Origin: an uncultured virus (IMG/VR IMGVR_UViG_2811995097_000007)
Taxonomy: Duplodnaviria > Heunggongvirae > Uroviricota > Caudoviricetes
Reading direction: 5' to 3' (one strand)
DNA length: 64,000 nt
IMG/VR virus record: IMGVR_UViG_2811995097_000007
Positions 38,053-47,214 of this stretch are shown here, one piece after another. The number at the start of each line of letters is the position of its first letter. Position 1 is the stretch's first letter. The position numbers and the translations under genes are program-made. The notes beneath the pieces were generated by a model. The model saw nothing but the letters and a program-made list of their open reading frames with translations. It ran no database searches and was not told where the DNA came from.

Positions 38053-39286
38053 CCGTGAAGATGAATTTAAAATCAGAAGAGCAAAGCGGAGTAAAGCTGG
38101 ATCACTAAAACCAAGCATCAAGTTTCCCCGTAAAGGCGGGAAAGGGTTTAAACCGCAAGCAATGGTTAAGGTGGCAGGATGGGCAAATACTTCTTCTTCG
38201 GTAAAAAGGATGCTCGATTATATAAGTCGAACCAAGGAAAAGGAGACTGTAAAAGGAGTGGTAGCACTTGAAACTGAAATGGGAACTCAGAAACGTGGTG
38301 CATCAAAAATCACGGAACTTTATGATCAGTGGAAGGCCGACTTCAAACGTAAATCTAAGACAGCGACAAGAGCGCCACGTCATGCCGCACACCTTGTTTT
38401 TTCGGCATATGCGGAGTTGACTCCGCGCAATGTGGAAAAAACGCTCCTAGCGGCCCGTAGAACTCTTACCCGGCACATAGGAGACAAGGGGTATAAGTTT
38501 GCTCTTGGCGTCCACCAGGACGGAAAGTATCCGCATGTTCATGCGGTAGTGAAAACTGACAGCACGATCAAAAAGCAGCCTAAGTTGCGGCTTGGGCCAC
38601 AAGTGCTTTTTGAAATAAGAAAGACTCTGGCGAAAGAATTGACCAGGGAAGGTTTGACTCATGTGGCCACACGCGAGAAACGCAAAATGAGGCAAAGGCC
38701 ATCCAACTACAAAACCTCCGCACCGAACGTGCTTGAGCGTACAAAAAAAACAATTAGCAAACTCAAAAGAGAACACAGGCGGTTTGAGCGCGCCTTGAAG
38801 CGTGAGAGTCCAAGAATCAATGCCTTGAAGCATCGAGAACAGCAGTCCAAAGCGCTCGACACCCTACGTGCCCAGGTCAAGGAGGATAAGCTGTTGGCGG
38901 ATAAAGAACGGAAGGAAGCTTTCGATCTCATCCGTTCATTTCGGAGACACCTAGCAAGGAAAGGTGTTGATAAGAACTTAGAAACTAAGGCTACTCTGAG
39001 TGATTTGATATCCAGAATCGACAAATGGGAGAAGGATGTCATAATATTTCAAAGGGGTATAGCGAGGAAAGGCAACTCTTTCGGTCAAAATCTCAGTGAG
39101 AAAAATAACCGGGAGCAGCTTCATGAACGCGGTGGGAAGCTACTTCATCAAGTTGATAGTTTTGTGAGTCAGTTGAAACAACTTGATATGCCAGTTCACC
39201 GCAAAAAGGAGATATTTCGTGAATTGCGCGTCAAGTATCTGGGAGTGAAGAAAAGCAGGTCTCTTGCTTTGGAGCGTGGGCGCTGA
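38036..39286 (+). CDS. Relaxase, MOBP/VirD2-like
   Basis: QAMVKV...LDYISR, HLVFS, VHQDGKYPHVHAVV. Confidence 0.88.
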   Translation: MISNYDREDEFKIRRAKRSKAGSLKPSIKFPRKGGKGFKPQAMVKVAGWANTSSSVKRMLDYISRTKEKETVKGVVALETEMGTQKRGASKITELYDQWKADFKRKSKTATRAPRHAAHLVFSAYAELTPRNVEKTLLAARRTLTRHIGDKGYKFALGVHQDGKYPHVHAVVKTDSTIKKQPKLRLGPQVLFEIRKTLAKELTREGLTHVATREKRKMRQRPSNYKTSAPNVLERTKKTISKLKREHRRFERALKRESPRINALKHREQQSKALDTLRAQVKEDKLLADKERKEAFDLIRSFRRHLARKGVDKNLETKATLSDLISRIDKWEKDVIIFQRGIARKGNSFGQNLSEKNNREQLHERGGKLLHQVDSFVSQLKQLDMPVHRKKEIFRELRVKYLGVKKSRSLALERGR

Positions 39287-39354
39287 TGTAAACTATAGCT
39301 CCATTGAACCAATAGAACGACTTCACCTTACAAGGAGGTCGTATGCTCAGGAGA

Positions 39355-39936
39355 TTAGAAGCTAAGGTAAGATAAATAGGCAAAAGTACCCAACATTAGA
39401 AATGCAGTAATGTCACTTAGCCCTTCAAATTTGCTTAAGTACGGGAGTCGCATATAGCCAGTTTCTTTGTCGGATGGAACTGGAACAAATTTGGGGATAC
39501 CCATTGGTGTCATCGCATCAAGCAATAAATGTGAAGCCCACCCCAAGGCTAGCGGCTCTAGACCAATGAAGTACAGAATTATTGGGATTGGCCACCAATG
39601 GCTGATTGTTCTGTGTAAAGTCCACCAAGTTCGTTTGCTTTCAAACATCTCGTTGAACTCTCTATCAGAGAGCCACTCCCCTTTATCCTTTCTGTGCTGC
39701 AGATAAGTCCCACGCTTGTGGTTAGAAAGTAGCTTGTCAAAGCTGTCTGGCAGAATTCCTCCCACGGCAAGTAAAATAAACAATGTGAGGTCAGGAGGGA
39801 AGTTAGAAAGCCATGAGGCTGATGCATAGCAATACTCTCTAGTAAAAGGGCTTACCGTATTGGGATCACTGAAGATGTCGACAAGTGCTACAACATTTAG
39901 CGGGAAAAATACGTGGGCCACTTTATTCATAGGCAA
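39355..39936 (-). CDS. YdjM-like membrane metal-dependent hydrolase
   Basis: GGILPD, HRTISHW, GWASHLLLDAMTPMGIP. Confidence 0.85.
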   Translation of the reverse strand: MPMNKVAHVFFPLNVVALVDIFSDPNTVSPFTREYCYASASWLSNFPPDLTLFILLAVGGILPDSFDKLLSNHKRGTYLQHRKDKGEWLSDREFNEMFESKRTWWTLHRTISHWWPIPIILYFIGLEPLALGWASHLLLDAMTPMGIPKFVPVPSDKETGYMRLPYLSKFEGLSDITAFLMLGTFAYLSYLSF

Positions 39937-40073
39937 ACTGATAGCCTAGAAAGGGGTGAGTGTCTATGAAAGCGGGGTCCAGGGGCAGCAGCCCCAGGAT
40001 TGCTCTTGCCCCGCCCCGAAGGGGGGAGAGGGGTTAACACTCTGTGAGGACGAACATGGCCTGGGCGCGACAT

Positions 40074-40160
40074 CGTAAAGCGGCGCGCGAAAATTCGCGG
40101 CGAACTGTGAGATAATTCCCCCGCCATTGCCGTTTCATATTTTGAAAGAGTGTTTCAAAA
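40074..40160. other. Mu R-end-like transposase binding region
   Basis: TAAAGCGGCGCGCGAAAA at 40076 versus the Mu R end TGAAGCGGCGCACGAAAA; YGTTTCA at 40131 and 40151. Confidence 0.65.
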
Positions 40161-40206
40161 ACAAAGGGTCACGTCAAAGATTTTGGCGTGACCCTATCTA
40201 TATGTA

Positions 40207-40956
40207 TTAGGTCGAGGTTGGACCGCAGCCCCAGGAGGTGAGTTCGCTGAGGCGGTTGGTTGCGATCTCGAAGTAGGCGTCCGACATTTCGATGCCGATG
40301 AACTTGCGGGCCGTCTCGAGACAAGCCTGGCCAGTGGAACCGGACCCCATGAACGGGTCCAGGATCGTGCCGCCCTCGGTTGCGATCTCCAGGAGGTTTC
40401 GCAGTAGCGGAACGGGCTTTTCGGTCATGTGTTTACGGGCAGCGCCGGACACGATGGACTGGCGGAATATGCCGGGCAAGCAGCGATCATGTACCCGCTC
40501 AAACTTCTCCTTGGAGCCTACCAGAACAAACTCGCATTGGTTCTTGAATTCACCTTTGCTGGGGCGGGCTGTGGGCTTGTCCCAGACGACGATCCGCCGC
40601 CACTGCCAGCCTCCGGCCTGGAGGGCGTCGCTCATGGTGGGGAGCTGCCGCCAGTCGGTGAACATCATGCACACCGATCCGGGCTTGGCCACTCTGTAGC
40701 ATTCAGCCAGCCAGAGAGTGGCCCAGGACATGAATGAGCGCTGGTCTCGGCTGTCTCCGCTGAAATCTGGGAATCGTTTCTTGGCGTTGGTGCTCTGGTA
40801 CTTGTCCGATGTAGCCCGCTGCTTTTGGCCGAGGCTCACGCCGCCGCTGGAATACGGCGGGTCGGTCAGGATCGCGTCAACGCTGCAATCTTCCAATGTG
40901 CCAAGGATACCCAGGGCCTCGCCCTGGTACACCTTGGCGTCTCCAATCTGTATCAC
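40207..40956 (-). CDS. Site-specific DNA methyltransferase (N4/N6, beta-class motif order)
   Basis: TDPPY precedes H.TEKP and LDPFMGSGSTG. Confidence 0.93.
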   Translation of the reverse strand: MIQIGDAKVYQGEALGILGTLEDCSVDAILTDPPYSSGGVSLGQKQRATSDKYQSTNAKKRFPDFSGDSRDQRSFMSWATLWLAECYRVAKPGSVCMMFTDWRQLPTMSDALQAGGWQWRRIVVWDKPTARPSKGEFKNQCEFVLVGSKEKFERVHDRCLPGIFRQSIVSGAARKHMTEKPVPLLRNLLEIATEGGTILDPFMGSGSTGQACLETARKFIGIEMSDAYFEIATNRLSELTSWGCGPTST

Positions 40957-40957
40957 T

Positions 40958-41113
40958 TCATTTCTCCGAGCGGTCCTCCTGGGACTCTCGGCTGGGACTC
41001 TTGGTCCTCAGATTGTTCATGGCCCGGCATTTGGGGCATTTAATGCTCAGTTCCCCTCTAATGTCTTCTTTTGCCAATAGGCGGTTACAGCGCCAACAGC
41101 GAAATTCCTTCAT
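40958..41113 (-). CDS. com: Com family zinc-finger regulator (51 aa, not in the ORF track)
   Basis: Read from sequence: MKEFRCWRCNRLLAKEDIRGELSIKCPKCRAMNNL...; directly upstream of the MTase. Confidence 0.88.
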   Translation of the reverse strand: MKEFRCWRCNRLLAKEDIRGELSIKCPKCRAMNNLRTKSPSRESQEDRSEK

Positions 41114-41176
41114 ATTGTACGTCTTTACAGTTGCGCCTTGCGCCTGCTACCTACCGTCCAGCCTGATCAGGTGAAT

Positions 41177-41255
41177 GGAGCAGCAAGCCCGGCTTGTGGC
41201 GCCGTGTTGCAGCACAGCGCCAGTGGGGGGCGTTGCCGCGCCCCCCGCCTGTTCC
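41177..41255 (+). ncRNA. Candidate 79-nt cloverleaf RNA divergent from com-MTase
   Basis: Same four-stem topology as 20636-20712; TTTACA promoter-like motif at 41124; hairpin at 41263-41290. Confidence 0.55.
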
Positions 41256-41333
41256 TCTTGAGCGGCCCGGCGGAGTGATCCGGCGGGCCGTGGTCTCTAT
41301 TAAAGCCTATTTAATTGTCAATGAACGAGGTGT

Positions 41334-41729
41334 TTATTCTGACATGGCGGGTTCTTCCGGCCAGACCACGGCTTTGGGGAAACCAGATTGCCGGGGGAGG
41401 TCTCGGAGGGCCTGTCGGTATGCTTGCCAGCGAACTATGTCCTGATCACCCAATTGGCAATCTTTTAGTTGAGTCCAATCAGTCTTAGCTAATTTTGCAT
41501 CTCTCTGCCCCCTTACTATTTTAGACAGTTCTTCATTGCTAGGAGCAGGTCTCTCAATGGCAATGGGATTGCCTTTATCGTCTGGAACGAGAATTTTCCC
41601 AGCCCCCTGCTCGGACATCAGTTCTGCATGTCGTTCAATGGATATCAAACCTTCGGCAGGTGTATAAGGTTTAGTCAGCGGAAAAAATCCAAGAACTTCT
41701 TTGTCGTATCGGTATCCGTAAATATTCAT
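41334..41729 (-). CDS. Tail fibre assembly chaperone
   Basis: RDAKLAKTDWTQL...YRQALRDLP.Q.GFP..V.WP. Confidence 0.88.
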   Translation of the reverse strand: MNIYGYRYDKEVLGFFPLTKPYTPAEGLISIERHAELMSEQGAGKILVPDDKGNPIAIERPAPSNEELSKIVRGQRDAKLAKTDWTQLKDCQLGDQDIVRWQAYRQALRDLPRQSGFPKAVVWPEEPAMSE

Positions 41730-41738
41730 TGTCCCTCC

Positions 41739-42410
41739 TTAATGGCCGAGAACAAACCAAAAGACTTCGTCTGTTGGTATGGTTGCAGTGGAATCGTAAA
41801 CTAGGGTTATTTGAGATGTGCTTGCGAAAGAGACATAGGCACTGGCAACCCCGTTTACGGACAAGGATCTATCCGGCCCGGCTAGCCCCATGAGTCCTTG
41901 AGTGGGGAAGGAAATAGGTAGGGTAATCGAAATCGCTCCTGTATTTTCGGATATTGGCCCGCTTTTGCCCCATTGAAGAATCAGGCCGTTGGGCTGCACA
42001 GTATACCCATTCCCTGTTAAACTTTCAGACCATACCGATTCAGGATGCACATGATCCACATCGGCCTTGCCCTCCAAAGCTCCAACTAGGCCAGTGACCT
42101 CTTCCATCAAATGATCATGAGGCGTGTTTTCAATTATATCGACAATGGCGGCGGTCAACCCTGAGACGATTTTCTGCAAGTCTCCATCATCAACCACGCC
42201 GGGCATGTACCGCCCTGCAATAAACTCGGCCAATCCAGCTGCCATATGAGAGGTTTGCCGAAGGACCATATTCATCAACTCACGGCGTGCAATGCCGAGT
42301 TGATGCCCCCCCAAACGCTGGGGTTCGACCAGGTAGTCGGCCAACAACATGACGTCACCGTCCTCAACGGTTCCGCCGCTGCCAAAAGGATAGATTTCAT
42401 TGGTAGCCAT
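41739..42410 (-). CDS. Short tail fibre protein with gp53-like tip
   Basis: N.VLRQ...MAAGLAEFI N-terminus; NGYTVQPNGLILQWG...FWFVLGH. Confidence 0.8.
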   Translation of the reverse strand: MATNEIYPFGSGGTVEDGDVMLLADYLVEPQRLGGHQLGIARRELMNMVLRQTSHMAAGLAEFIAGRYMPGVVDDGDLQKIVSGLTAAIVDIIENTPHDHLMEEVTGLVGALEGKADVDHVHPESVWSESLTGNGYTVQPNGLILQWGKSGPISENTGAISITLPISFPTQGLMGLAGPDRSLSVNGVASAYVSFASTSQITLVYDSTATIPTDEVFWFVLGH

Positions 42411-42418
42411 TATTCCTC

Positions 42419-43105
42419 CTACGGAACAAGGGTTTCAGGCCATGAGCCAGCGTTCCAGCCGCCCAAGGCGTTCGATTCTCCACCCCAGGCGAACAATTGC
42501 CCACCTTCAGGAGTGACTGCGTAATAGCCGATAGCGACGCCAGACGGTTTTAACGGTATGTAGCCGCCCACCAGCAGGGCTTTGGAAACTGCATCCGGGC
42601 ATATCCCCGCCACACCTACCGTCATGGTCATGTCTTGATTGTCTTGGATGACGATAATCATGCCAGTATCGCCGAATACGGCCTCCCAGACGCCGTAAGC
42701 ACCTTCTGTGGTTCCGTCCCACGAATTGGCTGCGACCTTGCCCCGCAACAGGGTGCGGTAATGGTCATCCGGCAATGACACAAGGCCCGTGTCTGGATCA
42801 TACGGACCTTTCCACGTCCCTTGCTGCCAGCCCACACCAGATTCGCCCCAGGAAAAGTAAACGCCCTCCAAAGGAGTCTCCAAGAATCGGCTTCGTCCCA
42901 CCCACTCGCCAACGTGATCCAGCTGGACACCTACGCCATCATCCAGGTCGAATCCTTCTCGAATGTCCTCAAGAACTCTCTGGAGGTCTACCAGCGGCTG
43001 GACCTGGGAGGTACACAGGCCGATGAACAGCGGCTGGTTTCGATAAAGCGAAGTGATGAGGCCGAGGTAGGTATCAAGAGTTTGCGCCATGCTATGCCTC
43101 GACAA
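42419..43105 (-). CDS. Baseplate wedge protein (DUF2612-like)
   Basis: FDLD..VGVQLD.VGEWVG.SR, L.DD.YR. Confidence 0.8.
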   Translation of the reverse strand: MSRHSMAQTLDTYLGLITSLYRNQPLFIGLCTSQVQPLVDLQRVLEDIREGFDLDDGVGVQLDHVGEWVGRSRFLETPLEGVYFSWGESGVGWQQGTWKGPYDPDTGLVSLPDDHYRTLLRGKVAANSWDGTTEGAYGVWEAVFGDTGMIIVIQDNQDMTMTVGVAGICPDAVSKALLVGGYIPLKPSGVAIGYYAVTPEGGQLFAWGGESNALGGWNAGSWPETLVP

Positions 43106-44270
43106 CGGTCAGGGTGACATTGGAGGCATCGCCAATGGCCACCTCATTGAACAAGATGGCAAGATTCGCAGCAGCCTGATTGTCATTAATTCGAGCCATG
43201 GTCAGAGCCGTTACGTCAAATGTGCGCTGACCAGGGACCGGCTCTGCCTCATTGATGGGCGTGTATAGTTTGGAAAGCAGCACGTCCTCGCCGATCTCCA
43301 GGCTATTGAGATATTCGGCCAGGTTGCCCTGGATAGCTTCGCCCGTGGTCGAGACGTACCCGGCCCTAGGCGCGATGGTGACATGAATGGCGATGACCAC
43401 ATCCGAGGAACGGTAGAACTTGACCACGGTAGGCATTCCATAGCGATCCGGCACGACCTGAGAGACGTCGCCCACAAAGGCAGCGCCGGGCGTCTTCTTC
43501 ATGGCCATGGCCGTGGCGATCTCGGTTGCATCACCGCCTTCCACTACCATGGTCACGCTATTGGGCGGCATGCCGTTACCGTCCTCCACCCTGGTATCAT
43601 TTTCGTAGGGCTTGAATCTGGTCACATCTTTGAGGTTGGCCACGGCTCCGGCCATGCCCTCCAGGACGGTCTTAGAAGGCAGCGCTGTGGAGACTCGCTG
43701 ACGGCCTCGCAGGACGCCATCGCTTTCGGCATCAACGCCCGGCGTGGCAGCCAGTGTATTGGTGACAGACTGCCAGCCTCGCGTCGGGGTGCCGATGATG
43801 TTGACCTCACCGGCAGCGGCCTGAATCGCGCCAGGCTCTTTGGCCGTGGCCGTGACCGTGATCTCCCCGGAAAGCGGGATGATGACTTCGGCAGGAAGAA
43901 GCCAGAGCTGCTCGGCGACGTCCTTAGCCATGCCGTTGGTGATGATGGTGCCGGGCTGACCAATGATGAGAAGGTCAACTATGGAATAGCTGAAATCCTT
44001 GCGAGTGATTCCGTTGATCTTGACCTGGCGGGACAAGCCTGCGCCCTGGGCGGTCTGCGGGCTGTACGAATTAAAAACGGACTGAGCCAGTTGATAGCAG
44101 TCGTATTCAACCAGGGCATTCATAGCCACCATCTGACCTTCCTGGCTGTCCGGCTCCAGGTACACGTCTTCACCAAAGATGGCTCGAAAATCGGCTTTTC
44201 GCTTTTCCAGGACTTCGGGGTAGGTCGGCATGTGGAAACCTTTTTCATCTATGTATGCGAGTAAAGCCAT
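43092..44270 (-). CDS. Baseplate J/gp47 family protein
   Basis: P.TAQGAGL, GWQSVTN, G.DAESD..LR. Confidence 0.88.
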   Translation of the reverse strand: MALLAYIDEKGFHMPTYPEVLEKRKADFRAIFGEDVYLEPDSQEGQMVAMNALVEYDCYQLAQSVFNSYSPQTAQGAGLSRQVKINGITRKDFSYSIVDLLIIGQPGTIITNGMAKDVAEQLWLLPAEVIIPLSGEITVTATAKEPGAIQAAAGEVNIIGTPTRGWQSVTNTLAATPGVDAESDGVLRGRQRVSTALPSKTVLEGMAGAVANLKDVTRFKPYENDTRVEDGNGMPPNSVTMVVEGGDATEIATAMAMKKTPGAAFVGDVSQVVPDRYGMPTVVKFYRSSDVVIAIHVTIAPRAGYVSTTGEAIQGNLAEYLNSLEIGEDVLLSKLYTPINEAEPVPGQRTFDVTALTMARINDNQAAANLAILFNEVAIGDASNVTLTVVEA

Positions 44271-44623
44271 TACAGAACCTCCTCAATCGTGGCCGGGCCG
44301 TATTGGGTTTCGATCTCAACAGAAACAGTGATCTTGCGCGTCTCTCCGTCAAAGCTGGATTCGTAGCTGGCGATGCCAGTCACACCTTCGGTATCCAGGA
44401 TGCGGGCGCGGATAACAGGGTCATAGCTTTCCTTGGTATGCTTTCCGAAAACGCCGCCCGCATACGGGGTGCCTTCGGCCAGGTCCATGAACCACTCACC
44501 GGCAAGCAACCGGAGCCGCGAGACAACGGCCTGAGCCACGCCCATGGGATCGTCTACCCAGTAGTCAGCTTGACCATGGCCAAACTGAATGTCATTGCCA
44601 TCGGTCCACTTGCGATACCTCAT
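44270..44623 (-). CDS. Baseplate gp25/W-like protein
   Basis: VAQAV..RL....GEWF.D..EGTPY. Confidence 0.75.
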   Translation of the reverse strand: MRYRKWTDGNDIQFGHGQADYWVDDPMGVAQAVVSRLRLLAGEWFMDLAEGTPYAGGVFGKHTKESYDPVIRARILDTEGVTGIASYESSFDGETRKITVSVEIETQYGPATIEEVL

Positions 44624-45402
44624 TGCGGCTCTCCACTGAGTTCATCACCGGCGACGACGCCAGTGGTCAGGTGGTGCTGGAGACTCGTGCCACCGGCCAC
44701 GTGGTCGCCGGTGGAGTCGATTTTACCATCATGGTTGAGGTCGCCCTTCATGACGGCGGTGGTGTTGCCTCCATCCAGGCTGGCAAGGCTGAAAGCATCA
44801 GCAGCAATGCCCACGAAAGGAGCCTCCAGCAGAATACTCTGGGTCGCCGTGCCGGTGACATTTCCATCCGGCGGCATGTTGATGGAGCCGCCGGGGTTAC
44901 TGGCGTTGATGGTGTAGTCGGGCTTGATGGTTATGCTGGCCTGGCCATCATCGGTGCGCAGCTGCACGTCCTCCGTGCTGACGTTGGGGAGTGTGCGCGG
45001 CTGCGATCTCGGACCAACCAAGGCAAATCCATCGGACAGGTTGTGCATTCTCGGCTCCAGCGGTTCGCCGATGCCGCCGGATTGCCACCAGCTGTCTATG
45101 CAGCGGCAGGCAAAGACAACCAGCGCCTCGTCGCCTACTTTAACGGGAAAAGTCAGGGTGAACCCTCCACCGCCGGGAAAGACCGCTGGCACGTCCACCA
45201 GGAGCGGCAGATTCACGGAGACCACGGAGCCGTCCGGCTGTTCAATTCGGCCACGGATGGACGGCTGGATTGTAACGGTTTCGGCGTCCGGGTCGAAAGA
45301 TTGGACGATGCCCGGCATGGCGGTCCACGCCTCAGCCAGCATTCCCTCCATGGCGGCGCGGTAGGCCTCCACGGGATCGTCCAGTCGCTCTCTGCGATCC
45401 AT
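44620..45402 (-). CDS. Baseplate spike protein (Gp138-like)
   Basis: AMPGIVQSFD, FP.GGGFTLTFPVKVGDE, R.HNLSDGFA. Confidence 0.85.
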   Translation of the reverse strand: MDRRERLDDPVEAYRAAMEGMLAEAWTAMPGIVQSFDPDAETVTIQPSIRGRIEQPDGSVVSVNLPLLVDVPAVFPGGGGFTLTFPVKVGDEALVVFACRCIDSWWQSGGIGEPLEPRMHNLSDGFALVGPRSQPRTLPNVSTEDVQLRTDDGQASITIKPDYTINASNPGGSINMPPDGNVTGTATQSILLEAPFVGIAADAFSLASLDGGNTTAVMKGDLNHDGKIDSTGDHVAGGTSLQHHLTTGVVAGDELSGEPQ

Positions 45403-46334
45403 TATCTACCTCCGTTGGTGTCAACGAGTTTGGAACCTACGGGTGCGGAATCGTCGATGCCCACGCAAATGAGGTCGGCATACCAATCCTTGCCCCGCGT
45501 ATCGCCTGTGAAGTCCACACCCAGAATTCGGTACAGGCCGTCATCGTCGAGGCGCGGTGCTTTGTTGAACGCACCAACAGTGATCTCAGTGCGAAATTTC
45601 TTGATGGAGGCATTGTCCAGCTTGATGCGGCCACCAACCCGGAAGCGGGAATTGATCAAGGCCCGGACCTTGATGCCTTCGTTGGTCTGTTCGGGCTGGC
45701 CAATGAGGCCGGTCTGGGCCGTAAGCACCACCGCCTCGCCAGGCAGATAACCTTGGGTGGGTACCACTTGAGTGGCTCCGTTCTGGATAGACCAGGAGCT
45801 GTCCGTGGCCTGTGAAGCGTCCCGCATGGTCTTTCTGGCCATGCCGTACATCACCCGGCCACGCGGCAACGCCGGGCCGCCCAGCTCCGGCAGGTGCCCG
45901 GTTTCCACACCATGTTCAGCCATAGCAGCCTGGGCAGTTCGCACCTGGTCGCTGGCAGTGGAACCGGCGGCCAAAGTAGAGTTGACAACAGCATAGTTGT
46001 AGGCGCGGTCTCCATCACTGGCCAGAATTTCCAGATAGGTGTCCTTGCCGTTTTCACGGCCTCGCCGCACCTGGCGGACGGTGCCGTCGAATATCAGGCC
46101 CATGTTGCCCTGGTATCCGGCCTGAAGCACCACTTTGGTAAACTCTTTTTCAATGCGCCGGGCTGTGGCCTCTGCGAGGTTGTACACCCGAATGTCTGCA
46201 TGATTCGGGGTCTCGTAATCCGCATGATGAGTCTGGAAGGCAACGTGCAAATCAGCGAGTTCCAAGCCCTGGCCATCATTGCCAACCACCAGGCTGCACT
46301 GACGTAGATACTGAAGTTCGGCTACCTGGCTCAT
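45402..46334 (-). CDS. Baseplate hub protein
   Basis: I.VYNL, LQAGY, IFDG, TGLIG.P motifs. Confidence 0.75.
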   Translation of the reverse strand: MSQVAELQYLRQCSLVVGNDGQGLELADLHVAFQTHHADYETPNHADIRVYNLAEATARRIEKEFTKVVLQAGYQGNMGLIFDGTVRQVRRGRENGKDTYLEILASDGDRAYNYAVVNSTLAAGSTASDQVRTAQAAMAEHGVETGHLPELGGPALPRGRVMYGMARKTMRDASQATDSSWSIQNGATQVVPTQGYLPGEAVVLTAQTGLIGQPEQTNEGIKVRALINSRFRVGGRIKLDNASIKKFRTEITVGAFNKAPRLDDDGLYRILGVDFTGDTRGKDWYADLICVGIDDSAPVGSKLVDTNGGR

Positions 46335-46651
46335 GCTTCCTCCTGGACCACGAAAAGGATGTCCACACCGCTGCCCAGGTTGTCGATAGACGGCGGATCA
46401 TCGTGGTCATCGCTCCAGACCATGAGGCCGCCACCAATGCCGAGGTAGCCATAGGGTTCCAGCAGGTCAACGCCGGTAACCAGAGGAATGGAATTCACTA
46501 CTTGGCCAGCGTTCTCAGGAAGATTAATGTCCAACACCCAGCCGCCCTCAAGGACGTCATTCCAGCGTACGGTCAGTTGGTACAGAGTCCCGGCCAGCAT
46601 GATGGAAAAGGCTTGCGGCACAGGTGTCAGAGGGATGCGGTATGTCTTCAT
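46331..46651 (-). CDS. Baseplate plug-like protein
   Basis: IPLVTGVDLLEPYGYLG; position in the operon. Confidence 0.7.
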   Translation of the reverse strand: MKTYRIPLTPVPQAFSIMLAGTLYQLTVRWNDVLEGGWVLDINLPENAGQVVNSIPLVTGVDLLEPYGYLGIGGGLMVWSDDHDDPPSIDNLGSGVDILFVVQEEA

Positions 46652-47214
46652 CCAAACAGCCCCTTCAAACCATCTTTCAGAGCCGAACTCTGCTGAGGCT
46701 TGGATTCAAGTTGCTTCTGGCCAGTCGAGTCAGTCCCGCCGGTGGCCATGCCTCTCCGCTGGCGGGAACGCGGAATGGAGACGGCCTGGACCGTGGCCAT
46801 AATGACTTCGCGCAGCTCGGCGGTGAAGATGAGCGCATTCTCGGTTTCCTTGTCCGTGGTGGTGGAAAGGGAACGGATGAGCATATTCTTGTAGACGCGC
46901 TTGCCGGTGATGAGGTCGAAAGGCTCACGCTTTTTCTGGAGTTCGAGCAGCTTCTCATATGCCTCAACGGAACGCTTGTCGCCGGTGGACGTGCCGCCGG
47001 AATCGGAAACACCTGCGGTAATGGACACCGTGGGCGGCTGCATGAATGCGTGGTCGGTCACGTTCGCGCCGTTCTCAACGGGGTGGTCCGTGATCTCCAG
47101 GTCATCGTTGTGGTTCTCTTCCACGGTCACATCCATGACCAGGCCGCCAATGGAGCGGGCCGGGCGGACGTAAACCGATTCGGCGGATTGGCTCAAGACG
47201 TTGACACGGCTCAT
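46648..47214 (-). CDS. Dit-like/tube initiator baseplate protein
   Basis: ITDHPVENGANVTDHA, TGKRVYKNMLI. Confidence 0.75.
   Translation of the reverse strand: MSRVNVLSQSAESVYVRPARSIGGLVMDVTVEENHNDDLEITDHPVENGANVTDHAFMQPPTVSITAGVSDSGGTSTGDKRSVEAYEKLLELQKKREPFDLITGKRVYKNMLIRSLSTTTDKETENALIFTAELREVIMATVQAVSIPRSRQRRGMATGGTDSTGQKQLESKPQQSSALKDGLKGLFG

Larger units (their letters stand above)
32726..40073. mobile_element. Integrative mobilizable element, interrupted on the right by the Mu-like prophage
   Basis: att fragment, xis, rep, virB5/eex/virB6-like genes, oriT, mobC, relaxase; lower GC than the prophages. Confidence 0.82.

Noticed and set aside
39972..40030. GGGGTCCAGGGGCAGCAGCCCC hairpin region as a dso/sso or IS end
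   Set aside because: The motif is reminiscent of small-plasmid origins, but I cannot assign a nick site or function from sequence alone.
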